IMG/VR virus record: IMGVR_UViG_3300037790_000129
Location: 3,502-67,501 of that record
Reading direction: 5' to 3' (one strand)
DNA from: a virus
Taxonomy: Duplodnaviria > Caudoviricetes
Length of the DNA: 64,000 bases
A program made the position numbers and the translations under genes. The stretch's first letter is position 1. Each line of letters begins with the position of its first letter. This document shows positions 33,855-44,572 of this stretch, piece by piece. Under the pieces are notes generated by a model. It did not search any database. It was given only the letters and a program-made list of their open reading frames with translations, and had not been told where the DNA came from.

Positions 33855-35090
33855 ATGAGTATTCCAACGGGAAAATTTGGTAGTCAAGCAGCTTCACCTC
33901 AACCAACAGAAGGGAGTGAGCCAACAGATGCTGCACAACCATCAGGGGATAATGGTGCTGCACAGCCTGAAGATAATCAAAATCAGGAGCCTTCTGTTGA
34001 TTCCAATCAACAGGAAAATAATCAAGATCCACAAGCCCAATCAGGTAATGAGCCTAGTAACGCGGCTGAACCAAGTGATGATCAGGCAGAATTAGAAGAA
34101 AGTAAGATTAAAGATTTCTTTAAAAAGAAGTACGGAAAAGAAGTAGATTCTTTCGATGAACTTTTTAAGGAACCTGAAGGCAACCAACAATCTACCACTT
34201 TAGAAGATCGTGATGAAGAAGTTTTACTTTTTGAGCGATTTAAAAAAGAAAACGGAGGAGGACTAAAAGAATTTAATGAATTACATAAAGATTGGGGAGA
34301 AGTAAGTGATTTAGATGTAATTCGCGAACAAATAAAAGAAGAATCAGGCATTAATGATAAAAAGAAGATTGACGCTTTAATTAAAAGAAAGTACGATATT
34401 GATCCTGATGAAGATTTAAAATCGCTTGATGAGGACGACAAAGTTTTCATAGAAGCAGATGCTAATAAATTCCGGAAACATAAGTCAAATAAAAATGCTG
34501 AAATCCTAGAGAAGCTAAAGCAAGGCTCATTAGGTCAAGATCCTCAACGAAGTAATCGTGAGGAAATGATAACCTTGAATAATGGGCAGCAAGTTACTAA
34601 GGAGCAGTACAAAGAAATGACTGATGCTCGCGATAGATATTTAGAAACAAATCAAAAAGCTATTGATGAAATTTCTGAAGCAAAATTTAGCGCGAAACTA
34701 ACCACCAAAGATGGTGAAAAAAGCTTTGATTTTAACTACCAATACACAGATCAAGATAAACAGAGTATGTTATCTACCACAGAAGATCTAAGTAAAGCGT
34801 TGGCTAAGTTTAAAACCGAAGATGGCCAGTTAAATCACAAAGAACTCAACGAAGGACTTTTGTGGGCCAACAGAGAATTTAGGGAAAATGCAATCAATAA
34901 GATCGTTCAGCAAGCATTGTCGAACGGTATTCAGGAACAATTGAAAGAGGAGAGAAACATTGTAGATCCTAAAAATCCGCAATCTTCAAAACCTTCGTCC
35001 ACCCAAAAACGGAATAAGGTGGATCATTCAAAACTTCCGGGAGGTAATACAACGTCTGGGCCTATGTATTCATTTAACAAAAGAAATTAA
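33855..35090 (+). CDS. Putative capsid scaffolding protein
   Basis: Acidic, Q/P/N-rich disordered N-terminus, coiled coils; lies between portal and MCP. Confidence 0.65.
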   Translation: MSIPTGKFGSQAASPQPTEGSEPTDAAQPSGDNGAAQPEDNQNQEPSVDSNQQENNQDPQAQSGNEPSNAAEPSDDQAELEESKIKDFFKKKYGKEVDSFDELFKEPEGNQQSTTLEDRDEEVLLFERFKKENGGGLKEFNELHKDWGEVSDLDVIREQIKEESGINDKKKIDALIKRKYDIDPDEDLKSLDEDDKVFIEADANKFRKHKSNKNAEILEKLKQGSLGQDPQRSNREEMITLNNGQQVTKEQYKEMTDARDRYLETNQKAIDEISEAKFSAKLTTKDGEKSFDFNYQYTDQDKQSMLSTTEDLSKALAKFKTEDGQLNHKELNEGLLWANREFRENAINKIVQQALSNGIQEQLKEERNIVDPKNPQSSKPSSTQKRNKVDHSKLPGGNTTSGPMYSFNKRN

Positions 35091-35092
35091 AA

Positions 35093-36448
35093 ATGGCAAA
35101 TACAATACAACCAACGCCAGGGGTACAAACTACTCCACACCCAGAGTTGGCAACTTCTGCTAACTTTATGAATTATTTTGACTACGCTATGGTTTACGAG
35201 CCAGATGCGATGGTTGATATTTACCCACGTTATGGAAACGGTAAATTGTTTTCTTTTACCAAATTTATGGGGAGAGATATTCCATTTGCAAGTGATATTG
35301 TAATGTGGCAAGAGCAAGGTAGATTACATCAATTAGTAGAAGATGTAACTATTACCGGTGATGTTTTTGATTGTGGTTCAACAAAGCACAATTTAAGAAT
35401 AAATGACATTATCTGGATTTCAGATGGTACAGATCAAGAGCAAGCCGATGTTTATGAGGTGGTAGATGAAAACACCTTTAAAGCGCACAGGCGAACCGGA
35501 ACTGGTGCCTTTCCTTTTGATACCACCACAACTACTGTAAACCTTTTTGTAGGTTCAAATGAGTGGGGTAAAAAAACAGAGAACTTCACTCAAGGAAGAA
35601 CGGAGAAGCCTGAATTTAAGGAGAATTACCCACAAATTCTCAAAGAATTTTACGATGCGGCTAAATCTGATTTAGCGCAATTAACTTGGGTTACACCGCC
35701 AAGCGGAGGTAAAGATAAGTGGTTTGTTTATGAGTGGGAAAGAACTCGTATTCGTTTTGAAAACTTGAAAGAGGTTACTAATTTATTTGGTACTAGAGCT
35801 GTAGCTGGATCTAACGCTGCTATTGCAGGTAAGAAAGGTATGGACGGTGCGATACCTCAAATTCAAGCAGGAGGAAATGTTGGTAACGGTTATATTACCG
35901 ATATTACTGATGTTGATGATTGGACCAAGCGTTTAAGAAAACAAGGAAATGTGAATACATTTACCTTATGGAATGATCAACAACAAATGATTCATTACAA
36001 TACCTTGCTTGCTTCTCAAAACTCATACTGGGATGGAGGTACTAATTATGGTATGTTCCAAAACAGTCCTGGTGATGATGGTAAAGGATTATCATTGCAC
36101 TTAGATTTTCAAGCCTTTACCCGAAACGGATACCATATGTTTGTTTCTCGTTTAGATGTGTTAGACGAGCCAACAATGTTTGGTGGTAATAAATTCATCG
36201 ATACCGGTATTGGAAGTTTGATGGTTCCGGGTAGTGAAAAAATAGTTACCGAAAAAGGAGAATCTGTAGCTAGACCATATATGGTTACTCGACACAGAAA
36301 ATCTGGTGAAATTGATAGAACTTGTGAAACTAAAATCTTAGGATTGGATGCTAACCCTACTCGAAGAGATGCGTTAGAAATTCATTATACTTCTGAATTC
36401 ACCAACCAAATTATTGGTTCTAACGAATGGGGCTTCAATAACAGATAG
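35093..36448 (+). CDS. Major capsid protein (HK97 fold)
   Basis: 451 aa with its own promoter and a strong downstream terminator; W.EQGRLH, NYPQILKEFY and GMDG motifs. Confidence 0.82.
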   Translation: MANTIQPTPGVQTTPHPELATSANFMNYFDYAMVYEPDAMVDIYPRYGNGKLFSFTKFMGRDIPFASDIVMWQEQGRLHQLVEDVTITGDVFDCGSTKHNLRINDIIWISDGTDQEQADVYEVVDENTFKAHRRTGTGAFPFDTTTTTVNLFVGSNEWGKKTENFTQGRTEKPEFKENYPQILKEFYDAAKSDLAQLTWVTPPSGGKDKWFVYEWERTRIRFENLKEVTNLFGTRAVAGSNAAIAGKKGMDGAIPQIQAGGNVGNGYITDITDVDDWTKRLRKQGNVNTFTLWNDQQQMIHYNTLLASQNSYWDGGTNYGMFQNSPGDDGKGLSLHLDFQAFTRNGYHMFVSRLDVLDEPTMFGGNKFIDTGIGSLMVPGSEKIVTEKGESVARPYMVTRHRKSGEIDRTCETKILGLDANPTRRDALEIHYTSEFTNQIIGSNEWGFNNR

Positions 36449-36456
36449 AATAAACT

Positions 36457-36484
36457 AGGCGTAGCAATACTTATTGCTACGCCT
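36457..36484 (+). terminator. Terminator-like hairpin after MCP
   Basis: AGGCGTAGCAATA-ct-TATTGCTACGCCT followed by TTAATT. Confidence 0.7.
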
Positions 36485-36497
36485 TTAATTATAAATT

Positions 36498-37274
36498 ATG
36501 AAAGGACAGAATAGGTATATACTTACTGAAAGATCTAAATCTTTAAATGCCCCGGTTTGGGTATTAAGAAAAAACCCTTATATCGAAACCGAAGAAGGTT
36601 TAAAGCAAATTAGATATGTGAGAGGATCAAAAACTATTTTTGCTGACGATATTGATGAGAAGTTACCTTCAACAACAATTGAGTTTCACGATGGTACATT
36701 AAACGTGCCTAAAGCAGATAAGTTGTTAAACGAATATTTGCAAGCGCACCCAGAGTTTAATAAGAACTTTAAACTTTTTGATCCGGATGCAGAAGCTTTA
36801 GCTGAATTACAAATGGAAGATGAAATAGATGAAGCTATCGTAATTCTTAATTCAATGAAGCAAAGCGAAAGAGAAGCGGTATCAGTTTCTATTTGGGGTG
36901 ATTTAGGAACCAGAGATTCTAATGATGAAATTCTTAGATTAAAATTAAAGAAGTACATCAAAGAAAAAACAAAAGATGGCAAGTTGAAAGAAGATTTTAC
37001 TGGTAAGACACAAGCTAAGCATTTTGTAGAATTAGCTCAAGACCCAACCAACGAAGTTAGATTTTTAGCTATTCAGGCAAAGAGAGCCGGTATTATCGAA
37101 ATTTCACCCAACAAGACTGCGGTAACGTGGGCTAACGGTGGTGTTATTGTTCCGGTAGCTTCAGGCCAAAGTCCTATCTCTAAATTTGTAGATCACTTAA
37201 ATTCTAGCGAAGGAGAATTAACCTTACAAGAGTTATCTAAAAAATTAGGGGGTAACAAAAAAGGAAAAAAATAA
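36498..37274 (+). CDS. Conserved hypothetical protein downstream of MCP
   Basis: 258 aa; I.F.DG.L.VP..D..L..YL..HP pattern. Confidence 0.6.
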   Translation: MKGQNRYILTERSKSLNAPVWVLRKNPYIETEEGLKQIRYVRGSKTIFADDIDEKLPSTTIEFHDGTLNVPKADKLLNEYLQAHPEFNKNFKLFDPDAEALAELQMEDEIDEAIVILNSMKQSEREAVSVSIWGDLGTRDSNDEILRLKLKKYIKEKTKDGKLKEDFTGKTQAKHFVELAQDPTNEVRFLAIQAKRAGIIEISPNKTAVTWANGGVIVPVASGQSPISKFVDHLNSSEGELTLQELSKKLGGNKKGKK

Positions 37275-37316
37275 AGATTCCCAGACTATTAGTGCCGACT
37301 AATTGTCATTTTCCCG

Positions 37317-37351
37317 GAAACCCCTGACAATAGTTTAGGGGTTTCTTTTTT
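37317..37351 (+). terminator. Intrinsic terminator between head and tail genes
   Basis: GAAACCCCT-N11-AGGGGTTTC-TTTTTT. Confidence 0.75.
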
Positions 37352-37364
37352 AAAAAACAATTCA

Positions 37365-38093
37365 ATGATCAACAGAATATTCAATACGGTAAGATTTATA
37401 AGTAACAATCAACTGCAAGGTAATGTTACACCTTTAGAGTTTAATATAGCTTTATACGACCGTATGCTAGAGCGATACGAGGAATATTTTGCAGAGTTAA
37501 ACCGGATATTAAATAGGGAGAATAAAGGTTTAATCACCAATCATGGATTTGGAAATATGAGCGATAAGCTAAAACAAAAAATCGCTCATTACTTATTCAA
37601 AGAAGATATTTCAGTTAACTTAGATGTTACTCACCCTGAATTTCCCGTAGCTAGTATTAATTTACCTGATGATCATAGATACACAGATTATGTAGTTAAC
37701 AAAAAGAACAGAAGGCCTTTTGATTTAGCTCTAAGCAGATCTCAATTTGATTTGATTGACAGTTACAAGCATACCAAACCTACAAGTTCATATCCGCTTT
37801 ATTATCCCGAAGGTAAGAAACTATTAGTTTTGCCTACCACCCTAGAAACGGTAACGCTGTATTATTTAAGAACCCCAAAAAGGCCAAATTGGACTTACTT
37901 TATTCAAAATGATGTAGAAATGTTCAATGCCGCAGACCCGGCTTTTCAAGATGTTGATATGCACCCGGCCGAAGAAAACGAGCTGACTATAAGAGTACTC
38001 AAAAGTTTTGGTATTAACCTTAAAGAAAATGAGTTAACTCAAATAGCCAACAGCGAAGAAATGCAAGATTACCAAAAAGATAACACCTTATAA
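37365..38093 (+). CDS. Head-tail adaptor / tail ring protein
   Basis: NKNQ-like G.VTP.EFN...; Y.R.PKRPNWTY; position typical of podoviral ring proteins. Confidence 0.65.
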   Translation: MINRIFNTVRFISNNQLQGNVTPLEFNIALYDRMLERYEEYFAELNRILNRENKGLITNHGFGNMSDKLKQKIAHYLFKEDISVNLDVTHPEFPVASINLPDDHRYTDYVVNKKNRRPFDLALSRSQFDLIDSYKHTKPTSSYPLYYPEGKKLLVLPTTLETVTLYYLRTPKRPNWTYFIQNDVEMFNAADPAFQDVDMHPAEENELTIRVLKSFGINLKENELTQIANSEEMQDYQKDNTL

Positions 38094-38095
38094 CA

Positions 38096-38938
38096 ATGGC
38101 ACAAAGCGCACAAGCATATTACACGACAGAATCTGAATGGGGTGGCTATCAATTTACTCCATTAAGCGAACTTATCGATAGTATGATGATGGAGATTGAA
38201 GGAGATCCTGATCATTATTTAAAAAATAAAAAAAGATCTTTAATCATAAAGTACGCTAAGGATGCTATTAAAGATTTAACCTTTGATATGGCCAATGACG
38301 TATTAAAGCTTGAATTAGAGATTGGAGATGATTTACAATTTATTTTACCACAAGACTATGTAGATTGGGTAGGCGTTTTTAAAGTAGGTAAAGACGGAAC
38401 CCTTTATCCTTTAGATATAAACAAACAATCTAACCGAGCCAAAACCTTTTTACAAGATCATAATTTTAAAATACTGTATGATGATCAGGGAGGAGCGCTA
38501 GAAGCAGACGGCTACAATATTTACAACAAGCCAATGCAACGTAAAGGGTATAGCGCGCATACCCCTCAATTCAATTTAGATACCAGTAAGTTAAGTAAGT
38601 ACGGAGAGTTCTCTATTGATAAAAGAAAAGGGGTTATTTCGTTTGACAGCAGCTTGGCTAGACAACCTATTGCTGTTTATTATATTAGCGATGGCCTACA
38701 ATGGTACGATATTGATGAAAGCGAAATAACCGTACATAAATACTGGGAACAACCTATATTAAACTGGATTTTCTGGAAAGCTATTGAACGCGGAAGAAAT
38801 ATACCGGCCAATAGAATCATAATGGCAGAAAGAAAGTATAGAGGTTCAAAACAAAAAGCTTTTGCAAGAACGGCAAACTTAAACATTTCAGAAATAAGCA
38901 AAGCATTTAGATCAAGTACTAGATGGGTTAAAACTTAA
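38096..38938 (+). CDS. Second tail ring/adaptor protein
   Basis: YQF..L.ELI..., LPQDYV.WV, YISDGL pattern; position before the nozzle. Confidence 0.6.
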   Translation: MAQSAQAYYTTESEWGGYQFTPLSELIDSMMMEIEGDPDHYLKNKKRSLIIKYAKDAIKDLTFDMANDVLKLELEIGDDLQFILPQDYVDWVGVFKVGKDGTLYPLDINKQSNRAKTFLQDHNFKILYDDQGGALEADGYNIYNKPMQRKGYSAHTPQFNLDTSKLSKYGEFSIDKRKGVISFDSSLARQPIAVYYISDGLQWYDIDESEITVHKYWEQPILNWIFWKAIERGRNIPANRIIMAERKYRGSKQKAFARTANLNISEISKAFRSSTRWVKT

Positions 38939-38941
38939 TCA

Positions 38942-41900
38942 ATGGATATAAAAAGAAATTTTCTAAGAGGTATTATGGATAAGGACAGCGATGAAAGGCT
39001 AGTCCAACCTGGAACTATGCGTAATGCAGAGAATATTCGTATATCCAATAGTGAAGGATCTGATGTTGGCGCCATTGAAAACAGCTTAGGAAATAAAAAA
39101 TTAACCAACATAAATTTTGGTCCAAACCCGAGAACCATCACCCCACAACCATTAACAGATGAATCTACTGACAGGATTTATTGGATGGTTAAGTCAGATA
39201 CCGGATGCTATGTAGTAGAATGGGATAATCTTAGTCAAAGTTATTCCTTTGTACTAAAAGACACCAGACCTGAAAATGAAAATGTATTAGGTTTCAATGA
39301 AGAATTTTTAATTACGGCAATTAACATAATTGTTGATACTGATAATGACAATAGATTTTTATGTTGGAACGACAACAATAAACCGCCAAGATGCGTAAAC
39401 ATTGAGCGCGCAAAAACTTATGGTGAAAATAATTTTGAAGATAAACACATATCATTAGTAAAAGCACCTCCATTAGACCCTCCTATTACAGAGCCATTAA
39501 ACACCGCTTCAAATCAAGAGAATTTCATTAAAGAAAAGATGCTTCAAATAGCATATCGCTTTAAATTTATAGATGGAGAATACAGCGCCACCTCTCCTTT
39601 CACCGTTGAAGCTTTTAAGCCAAAATCATTTCGGTATGACTTTAATACTTCGACTAACAAATCTATGGTTAACAGCTATAACGCTATAAATATAACATTT
39701 AACACCGGTGATGAATTAGTAGAAGAAATAGATATTTTATTCAAAGAAAGCGGAGAGAACAATATTTATGTAGCTGAAACTTTCAATAAAAAATTCAAAG
39801 GTTGGGATGATAATGAAAATGTTTCTTTTCAGTTTTTTAATAATAAAATTTTTAAAACACTTCCAGAAAAAGAACTAGGTAGATTATTCGATAATGTGCC
39901 TTTAAAAGCTTTAGCTCAAGATGTAATTTCTAATAGATTAGCTTTTGGTAATTATACTGAAAACTATGATATTAAAGATTGTAAAGGAAATAAAATTCAC
40001 CCTGATTATTCGCTAAGTTTCATATCAAAAGAAGTTGTAGGCCCTTCAGGAACGTGTAAATCTAACAGGGATTATGAAGCTGTTATAGCTTATGGAGATA
40101 ATTATGGAAGGTTAACCACAGGCCTTAAAAGCGAAGGTAATTCAGTACACATACCAATAGGCAATAGTAACCTTAAAAACCTTTTAAAACTAGATATTCG
40201 CCATAAAGCTCCTTGTTTTGCTAAGTTTTATAGAGTATATGTAAAAGAATCAAAAACAGATTACAATCTAATAGTACCTACTTTATTCTTTAAACAAGGT
40301 AATTACACCTATTTTTATATTCAACCTTCTGAAGCTCAAAAAGTAAAAGAAAATGATTTTATTATAATCAAAGCAGATACAGAAGGAATTAAAAACAAAG
40401 TAATTAAAGTAAAAGTTCTAGAGATAGCTCAAAAGAATGAAAACTTTATAAGTGGAGATAATCCCGAAAACGGGGGAGAGCCAGGAGGATATTATATAAA
40501 AACAAGCTTAACCGGTGAAGATGTACTTTTTGATCCTGATTCGTACAATTATTCAGAGTTAACTGATTATCATAAAGCCGATTCCGGCAGAGATAGATAT
40601 GACACCGCTTCGGAACAAGCTGACCATACCTTTACAATTTTCAAGGGATTAACCTTAGACGATTTAACACCAACAGTTCAATATACTCTTGGGGAGGATT
40701 TAAGGTATGAAGTTGAAATATTAACGACAAACGGTACCGAAGATACCTTTAGATGGAGAACGCAGTCAAAAGACGGATCTTATTCTAATTGGAACGACAA
40801 CCAAGGGAACGGAATAGCAATAACAGGATTATCACAACAATTAGATGCAGATGTTTCAATTACTTTTGGAAACACTACCGGCCATAGCATAGAAGATAAA
40901 TGGTTGATTAAAAAGAACATAGGTGAAAAGTTTGATGAATACTACAGATCTTATCCATTTATGGGATATGATCAGAATATACCTATTGGCTCTTTGATCA
41001 CCTTAAAATACTATTCTAAAAAACAAAAAAGTGAAGATGTAGATCAATTTTTGCTAGAATTAATCGCTAATGATTCTTATGAAAATTTTGAAGAATGGTT
41101 TTATGGTGATGAGATTTATAATGTGTTAAATGAACAAAACAACTTTGATCCAGACTACACTAACATATGGTTTAGAAATGTAAACATAGTTAATAGCGAT
41201 CAGGTCAGAGGGATTGCATCCTTAGATATTCAGCCAGATGGCAAATATTCAGGAATGATTATAGAATCGCGCAGAAAAAGTTCATCCAGAAAAGTTTATT
41301 CTGATGTTTATGTAGAAGTTAGAAAGCTTGATGAATTACCTTTATTTGAAACCGAATCTATTGATTTGGCAAGTGATATTTATTATGAGGTAGGAAGGAC
41401 TTTTTATATTGATGAAAACAGGAATCATTTAGGATTTGATAGTGATGATGTAGATCAAACCAACTCAAATAATGCAGAATTAATTCTACCTGTAATCAAT
41501 GCGTTTAGTTGGGGTAATGGGTTTGAAAGCTATAAGATTAAAGATTTAATAAATAGTAAACCATTAAAATTAAATTCAAGGCCCATAGGAGTAATTGAAG
41601 ATTACAAGCAGAACCACCGACAATCTTCAATCACTTATGGAGGTATTTTTGAGCAAAGCACAAATTACAACGCTTTAAATGAGTTTAATTTATCTACTGC
41701 AAATTATAAAGATTTTGACGATAAGTACGGCCCCATTCAAAGAATTGTCGCAAAGGATGGAGATTTAATTCTATTTCAAGAAGATAAAGTTTCAAAAGTA
41801 CTGTATAACAAAAGTGTTATTTATGATGCAGATGGGGGGTCAACAGTAAGGCAGACCAACGAGGTTTTAGGTAGTCAAGTGTACTACACATACGAAGGCG

Positions 41901-43465
41901 GTATTTCTAAAGATCCTGCGGCGTTAGTAAAAAGAGGTAATCAAATTTGGTTTCCTGATGCAAAACGAGGGTTATGGTTAAGACTAAGCCTTAACGGAAT
42001 AGTGCCAATTTCTAGTTTTGGTATGATTGATTGGTTTAGAGATTATTTTACAGCCAACCAATATGCAAAAAAGATAGCCTCATTCGACCCTTATTTTAAT
42101 GAAGTGGTAATTACTCTTGGTACGCAACCACAATTACCAACTTTGGTTATGAATTGCAATCAAGAAATATTTAAGTCAGATCAAACTGAACCATTTAGTT
42201 ATATATTAAAACTCAATGAGCTGTCAGGAGATGTGGTTATTAATTTTGATATAGAAGGTACAGCCATATTACAAGCCGAATTTAACGGCCAAAATTACAA
42301 TACCGGAGAAGTTAATGGAGTTGGAAACTTAACATTTGATCGAGATACACTAGATAAAGACGAGGTAATTGTTACTATAACACCAGTTTCTGAAACCATA
42401 AGTTATAATATCAAAAACTCTTGTCCCACAGGAATTTCAATGAAACTAGCCCTTGTAATCATTAACGATAAAGGAGATAAGAACCAAACAATGACAAGTA
42501 GGTTTAAATGGGATAATAGCACATTTTTCTCTGAAGTACCTATTTTTAAAGAAAATGAGATCACTTTATTTGAAATAATTGAAGGTAAACAAGGTGAAGG
42601 TAAATTTCCGTTACCAGGAGCAAATATTGAAATTCAAGCAGTAAAAGATTATATCAATACCGGTGGATTTGATGAGGAAGCTGCAAATGAACTTATGTAT
42701 TTAATAAGCTCTACAGAATACAATGAATACCAAATCGAAAATTTAATTGCATCGGCAACCAGTTTAGATATAACAACTCAAAATAAAGGAAGTGTTCCAG
42801 AAATAAACAAAAGTAGCTTTATTTTTAATCCTAATAGCCAAAATGATATTCTCTATTTGATATGGAACTATAAAAGCTTATCGATAAATAGAAATACTCA
42901 CATTTATATTTATTTTGATTCCTCGGGATCTATGGACGATACTTTGGCGCCGCTTCAAACAATGAAAGACACCTTGCTAAAAGATGCACTACTTCCTTTG
43001 TATGACAATGATGATAATTTATATAGCTCACGTGTAACCATTATTAGCCAGTCAAATGAACGCACGTTAGATATGCTAAACATTAATGGAAACACACCAC
43101 AAGGAAATGTTATTTCATTAGTATTTCAAGATGAATCATCGCCCTATGGAACCGGAGGGAATACTTTTTCTGACACAGATCCTAGGATGGCCGATTACGA
43201 TACAGATTTGGCTATTTTTAGAAACAGATTGGAATCCTTCACCCCTGCGTACTATCGCGGAGTTGTGTTTCAAGTAACAGGAAATAATGCCTTTCCTTTG
43301 TTCTTAGATGCGGTAAGAAATGGTACAGGAAATTATTCGGGAACTAATGGTTTGTCAGACAGAAATGAATTAAATTACAAGTTAAATATAACAGACGGAG
43401 GAACACCTCAATACTACTTGAATTTAATCACAGAAGCTTTAAGAGAATTAGGTTATAATTTATAA
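38942..43465 (+). CDS. Tail nozzle/muzzle (stabilisation) protein with a C-terminal vWA-like domain
   Basis: KRNFLRGIMDKDSDERLV..G..R.AENI start, RL.FGNY.ENY, beta-propeller-like repeats; YIYFDSSGSM near the end. Confidence 0.72.
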   Translation: MDIKRNFLRGIMDKDSDERLVQPGTMRNAENIRISNSEGSDVGAIENSLGNKKLTNINFGPNPRTITPQPLTDESTDRIYWMVKSDTGCYVVEWDNLSQSYSFVLKDTRPENENVLGFNEEFLITAINIIVDTDNDNRFLCWNDNNKPPRCVNIERAKTYGENNFEDKHISLVKAPPLDPPITEPLNTASNQENFIKEKMLQIAYRFKFIDGEYSATSPFTVEAFKPKSFRYDFNTSTNKSMVNSYNAINITFNTGDELVEEIDILFKESGENNIYVAETFNKKFKGWDDNENVSFQFFNNKIFKTLPEKELGRLFDNVPLKALAQDVISNRLAFGNYTENYDIKDCKGNKIHPDYSLSFISKEVVGPSGTCKSNRDYEAVIAYGDNYGRLTTGLKSEGNSVHIPIGNSNLKNLLKLDIRHKAPCFAKFYRVYVKESKTDYNLIVPTLFFKQGNYTYFYIQPSEAQKVKENDFIIIKADTEGIKNKVIKVKVLEIAQKNENFISGDNPENGGEPGGYYIKTSLTGEDVLFDPDSYNYSELTDYHKADSGRDRYDTASEQADHTFTIFKGLTLDDLTPTVQYTLGEDLRYEVEILTTNGTEDTFRWRTQSKDGSYSNWNDNQGNGIAITGLSQQLDADVSITFGNTTGHSIEDKWLIKKNIGEKFDEYYRSYPFMGYDQNIPIGSLITLKYYSKKQKSEDVDQFLLELIANDSYENFEEWFYGDEIYNVLNEQNNFDPDYTNIWFRNVNIVNSDQVRGIASLDIQPDGKYSGMIIESRRKSSSRKVYSDVYVEVRKLDELPLFETESIDLASDIYYEVGRTFYIDENRNHLGFDSDDVDQTNSNNAELILPVINAFSWGNGFESYKIKDLINSKPLKLNSRPIGVIEDYKQNHRQSSITYGGIFEQSTNYNALNEFNLSTANYKDFDDKYGPIQRIVAKDGDLILFQEDKVSKVLYNKSVIYDADGGSTVRQTNEVLGSQVYYTYEGGISKDPAALVKRGNQIWFPDAKRGLWLRLSLNGIVPISSFGMIDWFRDYFTANQYAKKIASFDPYFNEVVITLGTQPQLPTLVMNCNQEIFKSDQTEPFSYILKLNELSGDVVINFDIEGTAILQAEFNGQNYNTGEVNGVGNLTFDRDTLDKDEVIVTITPVSETISYNIKNSCPTGISMKLALVIINDKGDKNQTMTSRFKWDNSTFFSEVPIFKENEITLFEIIEGKQGEGKFPLPGANIEIQAVKDYINTGGFDEEAANELMYLISSTEYNEYQIENLIASATSLDITTQNKGSVPEINKSSFIFNPNSQNDILYLIWNYKSLSINRNTHIYIYFDSSGSMDDTLAPLQTMKDTLLKDALLPLYDNDDNLYSSRVTIISQSNERTLDMLNINGNTPQGNVISLVFQDESSPYGTGGNTFSDTDPRMADYDTDLAIFRNRLESFTPAYYRGVVFQVTGNNAFPLFLDAVRNGTGNYSGTNGLSDRNELNYKLNITDGGTPQYYLNLITEALRELGYNL

Positions 43466-44184
43466 TGGAAAAAACACTAACATTTTCAGAAAAGGTAAAA
43501 GGATTCACTTCTTTTCATTCGTTTATTCCGGATGCTATAAACTTTTTAAACAATAGATTGTTTAGCATTAAAGACGGCCAACTTTACTTGCATAACCAAG
43601 AAGATGTACCTCGAAATAATTTTTATGGAGAACAATTCACAAGTAAAGTTGAGTTGGTTTTCAATGAATTGCCAAGCGATGATAAAATATTTAAAAGCAT
43701 TAACCTTGAAGGCAACACCCCTTGGAATATTTCATTACACACCAATTTAAGTGAAAGCACAATAAAAGAAGAGGAGTTTCAAAAAAGAGAGAGTAGGTAT
43801 TTTGCTTACACCAGAAGAAATGAGAACAATAGCGACAACACCAGTTTATCAACTCAAGGTATTGGCCTTTTAGAAAGCTTTAATAATAATATTTTAAATT
43901 TTAACGGCACAACAGAGTACCTATCTACCAATGATGAAATTTACCAAGTAGTTAATAATGCAAATCAATTAATAGGAAGCATTCAAAGCATAGATAAATT
44001 AAGTATCACCGTAGCATTGCAAAACACACCCGTACCAGGTAGTTTTTGTTTTGCTAAAAAACCGGCAAGAATAGAAGGTGGTCCAATGCGAGGATATTAT
44101 ATGAAAGCTGTACTAGAAAATAGTAACACAGAACCTATTGAATTATTTTCTGTAGGATGCAAAATTGTAAAAAGTTATGTTTAA
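43465..44184 (+). CDS. Nozzle-associated protein (separately encoded C-terminal part)
   Basis: F.SF.SF.PD....LNN...S.K.G.LY.HN...RNNFYG...FN..P...K.FK.I.LEG; GPMRGYY. Confidence 0.65.
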   Translation: MEKTLTFSEKVKGFTSFHSFIPDAINFLNNRLFSIKDGQLYLHNQEDVPRNNFYGEQFTSKVELVFNELPSDDKIFKSINLEGNTPWNISLHTNLSESTIKEEEFQKRESRYFAYTRRNENNSDNTSLSTQGIGLLESFNNNILNFNGTTEYLSTNDEIYQVVNNANQLIGSIQSIDKLSITVALQNTPVPGSFCFAKKPARIEGGPMRGYYMKAVLENSNTEPIELFSVGCKIVKSYV

Positions 44185-44572
44185 GCATAGAAGATTAGAA
44201 ACAAGAGATTATCCAGTTTTATTAGGATGGTGGAAATGGTTTAGGTTTCCGGCTCCAAAACAAACTATGCTTCCTGATAACGGTAAAGGTGGTATTATGG
44301 TTTCTAAAGATGGTATTAATATTTGTGCCGGATTTATCTATCAAACCAATTCTAATTTTTGTTTGATTGAGTATATTGTATCAAACCCCTCATATAAAGA
44401 TAAAGACCGAAAAGAAGCCGTAAAACATTTAATAGAATTATTAGAAAAAACAGGGAAATCACTAGGATTTCAATTGGTTTTTTCTTCAGTTAAAAATGAG
44501 AATCTAACCAATACATTTAAAGATGTAGGTTATACAATTAGCGAATCAAAAGAAGTAATTAAGTTGATATGA
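44177..44572 (+). CDS. GNAT-fold protein at the T7 gp13-equivalent position
   Basis: GGIMV...ICAGFIY.TNS...IEYIVSNP..K...R..A...LI pattern. Confidence 0.6.
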   Translation: MFKHRRLETRDYPVLLGWWKWFRFPAPKQTMLPDNGKGGIMVSKDGINICAGFIYQTNSNFCLIEYIVSNPSYKDKDRKEAVKHLIELLEKTGKSLGFQLVFSSVKNENLTNTFKDVGYTISESKEVIKLI

